64,000 bases of DNA from Nitrospirota bacterium (lineage in GTDB: Bacteria > Nitrospirota > UBA9217). Location: positions 192,001 through 256,000 of the forward strand of contig CAWBNQ010000003.1 of NCBI GenBank assembly GCA_963790205.1, in the 5' to 3' direction. Position numbers and translations under genes: made by a program. The notes beneath the pieces were generated by a model that was given only the letters and a program-made list of their open reading frames with translations, was not told the DNA's origin and made no database searches. The number at the start of each line of letters is the position of its first letter. Within the stretch, counting starts at the first letter, position 1. This document shows positions 57,450 to 64,000 of this stretch, piece after piece.

Positions 57450-58478
57450 ATGAGCTTCAAATATATTCGAGAAATCCCGCAGCCCGTCGAGATCCTTGGG
57501 TCGATGCCGCTTCCCGCCTCTCTTACGGAGGTGAAGAACGCCCGCGACGAGGAGATCCGGGCGGTGTTTACCCGCAAGGCCGATAAAGTGCTTCTCATCA
57601 TCGGGCCCTGCTCGGCCCACGACGAGGACGCCGTGTGCGACTACATCTCACGGCTGGCCAGAGTACAGGCCGAGGTGAAGGACAGAATCATCATCATCCC
57701 CCGGATATACACGAACAAGCCGCGAACGACCGGGATCGGGTACAAGGGCATGGCCCATCAACCGAACCCGCAGCAAGAGCCGAACATCGTCGAGGGCATC
57801 AAGGCCATCCGCAAGATGCACCTCCGGGCGCTCAAGGAATCCCACCTTCCTGCGGCCGACGAGATGCTCTATCCGGGCAATTATCCTTATCTCGAAGACG
57901 TGCTCGCCTACGTGGCCGTGGGCGCCCGCTCGGTGGAGAACCAGGCGCACCGGCTGACCTGCAGCGGGCTCGATATTCCCGTGGGCATGAAAAACCCGAC
58001 CTCGGGCGACCTGGAGGTGACGCTGAACTCAATTCAGGCCGCCCAGGCGCCCCACCTGTTCAGCTACAACCGGTGGGAAGTGAAAACCTCCGGCAATCCT
58101 CTGGCGCACGCCGTCCTTCGCGGCGCTGTTGACCCTCACGGGGTGACTGTGCCGAATTATCATTATGAAGACCTTATCTGGTTTGCCGAGGCGTACCGGA
58201 AACGCGGCCTTGCCGATCCCACGATCATCGTGGATACGAACCATGCCAACTCGAACAAGAAGTTCGCCGAACAGCCCCGGATCGCCATGGAAGTGATGCA
58301 GAGCCGCCGGCACTCGGCGCTGCTCAAGGATATGATCAGGGGTTTCATGATAGAAAGTTTCATCGAGGAAGGCAGCCAGAAGGTGACGGAGAACGTCTAT
58401 GGGAAGTCCATCACCGATCCCTGCCTGGGGTGGAAGGACTCGGAGAAGCTCATCCGCGATCTGGCGGAGATGGTTTAG
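57450..58478 (+). CDS. aroG: 3-deoxy-7-phosphoheptulonate (DAHP) synthase, class I alpha
   Basis: GPCS, KPRT, GARS, GMKN, HANS, MIES, SITDPCLGW. Confidence 0.93.
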   Translation: MSFKYIREIPQPVEILGSMPLPASLTEVKNARDEEIRAVFTRKADKVLLIIGPCSAHDEDAVCDYISRLARVQAEVKDRIIIIPRIYTNKPRTTGIGYKGMAHQPNPQQEPNIVEGIKAIRKMHLRALKESHLPAADEMLYPGNYPYLEDVLAYVAVGARSVENQAHRLTCSGLDIPVGMKNPTSGDLEVTLNSIQAAQAPHLFSYNRWEVKTSGNPLAHAVLRGAVDPHGVTVPNYHYEDLIWFAEAYRKRGLADPTIIVDTNHANSNKKFAEQPRIAMEVMQSRRHSALLKDMIRGFMIESFIEEGSQKVTENVYGKSITDPCLGWKDSEKLIRDLAEMV

Positions 58479-58572
58479 AACGGCGCAGAGCGCATGAAGA
58501 TCCTGCGCAGTGAGGCGGGGCATCCGCCCTGACCCGTATCCTACCCCTTTTGAGAAGCCTTTGATCCTTTCG

Positions 58573-59412
58573 TTATCTGCTCTGGTCCTTTATCCCGGAC
58601 CGCGACTTCCGCAAAGCGTTACACGCACGCTCGTCTCGTAAAGCGCACGCCTTCTGAAAATCTGAAACTGCCAGCTCCTTGTTGCCTGTATTCAGATAGA
58701 GATTTCCTCGATTGTTATAGGCCACAACATTATTTTGGTTCAATGCAATGGTCTTGGTAAAATCCTGCAAGGCCCGGTCATATTGCTTAACAAGAAAACA
58801 GGTAACCCCCCGGTTGTTATACTTTCCTTTCCGCAACCCAGGCCACTGATTCCACATGAACGGGATGAAGACCGAACAATAAACCCGTTACCCCCGCGGC
58901 GATCAGTGCTCCCTTGTTCAAACCGTTTAAGCTGTTTAAACTGTTTAAGCCGGCTGGACTCGTTTGCAATAACCTCGTTACAAGCACTACCACGATAAAG
59001 GTATTGGCAGCGTGGAGAAGAGTATTGGTCAGATGATGGACCAGAGGGTTCAGTCCCCAGACGGCATAATCCAGGGCATGGGACATCCAGGTAAGCGGAT
59101 GCCGGTTGGCGGCGTAGAAATCAAGAAAAGCCCATTTGAAAAAAGCGGGATTAAGGGAACGGATATGCGGATTCTCAAAAACATACAGGGGGTGATCCCG
59201 GTTCACAAACCCCTTTCGAAGAGATTTCAGATATACTAGAAAAGTCAGCAAAGAAACCGAAGCCGCAAGATAGTAGGTAGCATTTTGCGTTCTCTGCGCA
59301 GTGGTCTTTTGCGACAACCCGGCGTCATCAGGTCTGTGCAAGGGTTTCGTGCTCCCCCCACAGCGCCGCTTGCCTCCGGCGTCTTTTTCTTTTTTCTGGA
59401 AGACTTACCCAT
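58573..59412 (-). pseudogene. Decayed paralog of the adjacent TMTC-like TPR membrane protein (frameshift plus about 400-codon internal deletion)
   Basis: Three frames carry MGKSSRKKKK, YYLAASVSLLTFLVYLK...HPVHVESVAWVAERK and YNNRG...KELAVSDFQKAC. NWDD has decayed to NRDH. Confidence 0.88.
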
Positions 59413-59612
59413 AAAAGTACGACACCTCCCCCTTTGGTCGCCGCTCTTTGTGGGGTGTCCGGTTGTCGCTCGACGGATGGCTCCCAGCACCTGGCCGGTG
59501 TGTGCCCTTGATAAGGAACTTCTTGAAAGCGAACTACCGCATCATGCGCCGTGTTTTCCCCCCGCCTGAACAACTGTCCGCGCTTGTCTTGGCAGGATGG
59601 CGTCCGCGTTGC

Positions 59613-61646
59613 TTATCTTCTGTACGCCTTCAGGACAGCGCATCCCTTTTGATCGCCTAAATCGCAGGCCTTCTGAAAATCCGAAACAGCAAGCTCTCTG
59701 TTGCCGGCTTTAAGATAGAGATTTCCCCGGGTGCCATATGCTTCAGCGTAATTCTCATCCAGTTGAAGCGCCTTGTTCAGATCTTCTAACGCCCGGTCAG
59801 GCTGCCCCAGAAGGGAATAAGCGAGCCCGCGATTGCCGTACGTCATCGCCGAATCAGGCTTGATGTCGATGGCCTTGTTAAATTGTTCAATGGCCTTGTC
59901 GAACAAACCGGCCTTGCCGTATACCATGCCCTTGTTCGTATAGGCTTCACAACTGCGCGGGTTCAAGGCAATGGCGTTGTCGAAGTCCGCCAGTGCTTTG
60001 TCCGTCTGCCCTAGGTTGCTATAAGCATAACCTCGGTTAATATAGGCGTAATAATCAGACGGATCCAGGGCAATTGCCCTGTTGAAATCATCCAGCGCCC
60101 TGTCGATCCGGCCCATGGCCAGGTAGGCCAAACCTCGATGATAATAAACGAAAGGAATCTCTCTGCGTTGATTTTCAATAACATGGTTCCAAAGGGTGAA
60201 GTTGTTCCTCCAAACGCTGATTTGCCGAACGGTCAGGTAGGCCAAGGGAAACAGTAAAAAAACAATCGCGGCCGCAGACGCGATTGTTTTGAGGATTTGT
60301 TTTTTGATTCTTTCCGCTTTCATTGAAACCCATGCCGCCAGGATACCCATGACAAGGAATGGCCCAAGGCTGGGTAAATACGTGTATCTGTCCGCCATTG
60401 CTTGCCCACCCACCTGAACAATGCCGAGCACGGGGGTCAACGTTACGACATAATAACTCCAGGCTGATACCCATAATTTGACTTTGCGCAAGACGCCCAC
60501 GCAGAGCAGGGTAATCCCGAGCACCAGAAGAATGGACAAGAGATACTCGAAAGAAAGCGCGGAAGCCTCCTTTGGATAAGGATAATAAGGGACCAGAGCC
60601 AGTGGAAATGCCAGTTTCCCAAGATACGCGACAACGGCCTTGGCAGCCACTGCGAGCCGTATTGACAATGGCAGGTACTTCATCTCGACAATCGCGTTCC
60701 CTGACTTTTGCGCCAAAACAGTCAGTATCGACGAGATAAAGCTCAGCGTAATGAACGGGAGTTTTTCGAATAGAGCGAAGCGCAATGATTTCACGGACTG
60801 AATTCTCCTGAGCGGAAACCAGTCTACAATTAGCAACACAGCCGGGAGGGAAACAGCCATTGGCTTGCTGAGCAGCGCAAGGACAAAGAACCCGAGAGCG
60901 CAGAAATAGCGCTTATTGGTAAGGAAATTTGGGCCTTCTCCGGCCTTGCCGTCGTCTTTTGACCGCCGGCCACCGGCGGCCGATTGTTGGCTGCCCGCAT
61001 ATTTCATGTACATCATGATGCTGAGCAGGAAGAAGAGCGCGCAGAGGAGGTCTTTCCTTTCCGCAGCCCATGCCACCGATTCCACGTGAGCAGGATGCAG
61101 ACCGAATAATACACCGGCCACTCCTCCCGCGATCAGGGTCTTCCGGTCGTCCAGGAAAGTGGCCGACCCTTCCAATTGCATCCTCTCCCGGTAGACCTCC
61201 AGAAGTCTTACGATCAGTAAGACGACAACGAAGGTGTTGACTGCGTGGAGAATATTGTTGGTCAGATGATGACCCAAAGGGTTCAATCCCCAGACAGCGT
61301 AATCCAGAGCATGGGATATCCAGGTAAGCGGATGCCAGTTGGCGGCGTAGAAATCAAAAAACGCCCATTTGAAGAACGTGAGATTGAGGGAGCGAATATG
61401 GGGATTCTCAAAAACATACAGAGAGTCATCCCAATTAACAAACGCATTTTGAAGAGTTTTCAGATATACCAGAAAGGTCAGCAAGGAGACCGAAGCCGCA
61501 AGATAGTATGCGGCGTTTCGCGTTCTTTGTGCAAAAGTCTTTTGCGGCAACCCGGTGTCATCAGGTTTGTTCAAGGATTTCACGCGACCTTCGTTGACGC
61601 AGGTTCCCTCCGTCTTGTTCTTCTTTTTTTTTGAAGACCTGCCCAT
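59613..61646 (-). CDS. TMTC-like GT-C membrane protein with C-terminal TPRs
   Basis: NWDD, WHPLT, HPAHVESVAW..ERKD, LLSKPMAV, ADRYTYLP, VWRN, then about 5 TPRs. Confidence 0.88.
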   Translation of the reverse strand: MGRSSKKKKNKTEGTCVNEGRVKSLNKPDDTGLPQKTFAQRTRNAAYYLAASVSLLTFLVYLKTLQNAFVNWDDSLYVFENPHIRSLNLTFFKWAFFDFYAANWHPLTWISHALDYAVWGLNPLGHHLTNNILHAVNTFVVVLLIVRLLEVYRERMQLEGSATFLDDRKTLIAGGVAGVLFGLHPAHVESVAWAAERKDLLCALFFLLSIMMYMKYAGSQQSAAGGRRSKDDGKAGEGPNFLTNKRYFCALGFFVLALLSKPMAVSLPAVLLIVDWFPLRRIQSVKSLRFALFEKLPFITLSFISSILTVLAQKSGNAIVEMKYLPLSIRLAVAAKAVVAYLGKLAFPLALVPYYPYPKEASALSFEYLLSILLVLGITLLCVGVLRKVKLWVSAWSYYVVTLTPVLGIVQVGGQAMADRYTYLPSLGPFLVMGILAAWVSMKAERIKKQILKTIASAAAIVFLLFPLAYLTVRQISVWRNNFTLWNHVIENQRREIPFVYYHRGLAYLAMGRIDRALDDFNRAIALDPSDYYAYINRGYAYSNLGQTDKALADFDNAIALNPRSCEAYTNKGMVYGKAGLFDKAIEQFNKAIDIKPDSAMTYGNRGLAYSLLGQPDRALEDLNKALQLDENYAEAYGTRGNLYLKAGNRELAVSDFQKACDLGDQKGCAVLKAYRR

Positions 61647-61935
61647 GGCAATTAAGATGCCTCCTCCTTAACGAAAAACGTTACCAGCCAGGATCTTTAA
61701 TTTTGAGTCAAGTTTTAGAATTGAATCAAAACCTGTATTCACACAAAGTCACGCCCTGCTGTTGCCAAAACGCGGGTGCAGGCGAAGCCAACGAAGAAAC
61801 GCGGGATGAATGGTTCAAGCCCCTGCGCTCTTTGTGCCGTGTGAGAATCGTTCTGCTTTTGACTTGATTCAGCTTTGACGGCCTGAGGCCGCGCCTCGTT
61901 AATCGTTCCTGTTTCCGTGAATACCCGTCCGCCGC

Positions 61936-63462
61936 TCAATCAAACAGGGGAATGAACCAGCGTGCAGTTACGTGGAAAAGAAAATAGGGAAAATCGGAAG
62001 CGATAAAAATAATGCAGACCGCTGCCGAGAGGCTTAGCCGCGGGCTTCCGCTCCGGAAGAGACGCGGCAGATAATAGCTGGAGACAGCGTAGACCGCGCC
62101 CAGGACCGGGAAAAGATAGCGCCCCTGCACAGTCAAACCGAGCGCTCCGGTGTCAAGATAGGTCGGGTAGTTTACGTAGAACAGAAGAAACAATGCGTAA
62201 AAAACGACGATCGTCATCAGACAGGTCGGAAGCCACGCCGCATCCGAGGGCCGCCAACGGATCAGGATGCCGAGGACTGTCAGTACGCCCAGGGCGGCAA
62301 AGGGCCAGATGGTCGGACCCTCGTTAAACATTTGAAAATGTCCGAAGATGCCGAAGATCCCTGCCGACATATGCGGTACCCAAAAGGCCATGTATGCCAG
62401 GGGTCCCGACAATTCGGTGCCATCGTTTTTCAGGTCACTATAGTTATTTATTAGATATATCGTATCGGCCCGGTCGCCCGGATGCTTGATCTGCGAGGCC
62501 ATGGCCAACGCTTCTTCTTTGGAGATGCGGCCCTCCTTGAACTGAGAAAATATAATGCTTCGCGCCTCAAGCCGGTTTTGCATGGCTATCTCCGGAGAAA
62601 GAACTTGGGACATCTGCGGGGACAGGTCCCCGTAGTAATAGTAATTGCCGCCATACAGTTGGATATTCAGTGCCAGACCGAATAAAATTCCGAGCGCCAG
62701 CCCCCACCGCCGCCATCCTGCAGCTTTGAAATAGGCGAGCAGCGCACCGGGCAGCAGCCGAATGTTTTTGAACTCGTAAAGGAGCAGGAGAAGATTGAGG
62801 ACCAGAACCACGGGCAAAAAAGAAAACTTGGTGAGACTTCCCGCCATTTGGCAGAGATACGAAGCAGCCAGCAGATCACCGGAACGGTTTTTAAAGAAGG
62901 CGAGCATATAATACACAGCCATGGCAGCCAGGAGATTCGTCAGATTATCGTACGATACGAAGGCGGAAAGAAACGTAAACATGATGGTATTCGTCATGGC
63001 GACGATCAGGAGGAGCTGGGTAAGCCGGTCGTCAGTCAGGAGACGGAGCATGCGCCAGACAAAATAAACAGTGGCGAAAGCAAAGGGGATGTTGAGAAGG
63101 CGCAGGAACAGGAGGTCCGGAATGCCGAAGAGGTTCAAAGAAAGGAGTTTGCCCATGGTCCAGTAATAGAGCCAGGGAATGTTGGTTACCAGGCCGTACT
63201 CGTACGTTTCGGGAGAGTTTTGCGGTAGAAAAAAGACCTTGGAAAAGATCCTGCTTAATTCAAAATGAGTATGTTCGTCCGGCGGCACATACGGGGATAT
63301 GGTTCCGGCAAAAAAAAGGAGCCGTAACCCGAAATAAACCAGAAGAATCATAACCGACCACTTAAAAAACCGCGATGGCGGAAACGTCTCCTCCGGCGTT
63401 GTCTTGATGCGGGGAGAATCGGATTTGGCTGGTTTTCCCCGCCTCCGTAACTTGCGCGCCAT
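61936..63462 (-). CDS. GT-C / ArnT-like (DUF2142-like) membrane glycosyltransferase
   Basis: PPDEHTHF, LYYW, LRLLNI, VSYDNL, LTKFS, QGRYLFP, many TM segments. Confidence 0.72.
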   Translation of the reverse strand: MARKLRRRGKPAKSDSPRIKTTPEETFPPSRFFKWSVMILLVYFGLRLLFFAGTISPYVPPDEHTHFELSRIFSKVFFLPQNSPETYEYGLVTNIPWLYYWTMGKLLSLNLFGIPDLLFLRLLNIPFAFATVYFVWRMLRLLTDDRLTQLLLIVAMTNTIMFTFLSAFVSYDNLTNLLAAMAVYYMLAFFKNRSGDLLAASYLCQMAGSLTKFSFLPVVLVLNLLLLLYEFKNIRLLPGALLAYFKAAGWRRWGLALGILFGLALNIQLYGGNYYYYGDLSPQMSQVLSPEIAMQNRLEARSIIFSQFKEGRISKEEALAMASQIKHPGDRADTIYLINNYSDLKNDGTELSGPLAYMAFWVPHMSAGIFGIFGHFQMFNEGPTIWPFAALGVLTVLGILIRWRPSDAAWLPTCLMTIVVFYALFLLFYVNYPTYLDTGALGLTVQGRYLFPVLGAVYAVSSYYLPRLFRSGSPRLSLSAAVCIIFIASDFPYFLFHVTARWFIPLFD

Positions 63463-63667
63463 ATATTTTCGTCTTCCTTTTCCTTTATCGTTGTGTTATC
63501 TTTTCAAAACATATCGTTACGGTTTTTTTATTGTCGGCTAAGCTGTCGAAGATTTTACCTTATTTGACTCTGTCCTGCAATCAGAAGTTTGGTCCGATTG
63601 CAGAAATTACCTTTGATGGTTGCAGTCGTGTATGATTGGTCCGGGCATCTTGCAAGGAAAAGGCCTC

Positions 63668-64000
63668 TTGAAGATATTATATATAACGAGAAAGTATCCG
63701 CCGTCGGTGGGCGGCATGCAGAAGTTCAATTATGACCTCGTTATGGAACTGCGAAAAACAGTAGATGTCGAACTGATAGCGCTCGGGAAAGCTCAATATC
63801 ACCTCGCGTGGTTTATGCCCTACACATTCTTCCAGGGAATGAGGAAGGGCTGTGATGCAATACATATAGGGGATGGCCTTCTGGCGCCCGTCGGATGGCT
63901 ACTCTCGAAAATCAAGAAGAAACCATATACCGCCACCGTATACGGCCTTGATATCACCTATAAAAACAAACTCTATCAATCGGCGGTCATCCCGTTCATA
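63668..64000 (+). CDS. Glycosyltransferase family 4, N-terminal part (runs off the window)
   Basis: TTG start after AAGGA. MKILYITRKYPPSVGGMQ...DAIHIGD...TVYGLDI. Open to the end of the window. Confidence 0.8.
   Translation, partial: MKILYITRKYPPSVGGMQKFNYDLVMELRKTVDVELIALGKAQYHLAWFMPYTFFQGMRKGCDAIHIGDGLLAPVGWLLSKIKKKPYTATVYGLDITYKNKLYQSAVIPFI

Overview
Bacterial chromosomal segment from a GC-rich Gram-negative organism. The gene content and intergenic repeat style resemble Nitrospirota/Desulfobacterota (inference only). The core backbone is TolC/HlyD efflux, mltA, a Lon-like protease, mrcA-ileS-lspA-lgt-rluD, rlmN, dtd, tRNA-Leu(CAG), bamD, sirC-like, a DnaJ-TPR protein, a CoA-activase, cold-shock proteins, a DEAD-box helicase, tsaD, aroG and GT-C/TPR glycosyltransferases. 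ileS carries a single +1 frameshift at 18742-18745. There are four accessory zones. (1) A mosaic 5-12 kb patch holds tatA, a YncE-like protein, an MFS transporter, an OYE fragment, a PAP2 protein and an ACP-[fabF scar]-SMR-SMR-GNAT operon. (2) A 6.7 kb island integrated at the tRNA-Leu 3' end (13-bp att repeat) contains an unusual 3.1 kb TGT...ACA-ended insertion element. This element encodes TWO DDE integrase-core proteins plus two HTH proteins, and it sits between a truncated serine recombinase and a truncated DNA methyltransferase. (3) An intact ISL3 with an 8-bp TSD. (4) A 47.7-55.2 kb defence-like island carries a Phd antitoxin, an AEP primase-SF2 helicase fusion, a PIN toxin with a small partner, a TPR protein and a HEPN/MauJ-like protein, with degenerate attC-like sites and a hairpin-rich GC block. 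Short-period (6-9 nt) two-armed repeat elements occupy many gene junctions. No rRNA or CRISPR array was seen.
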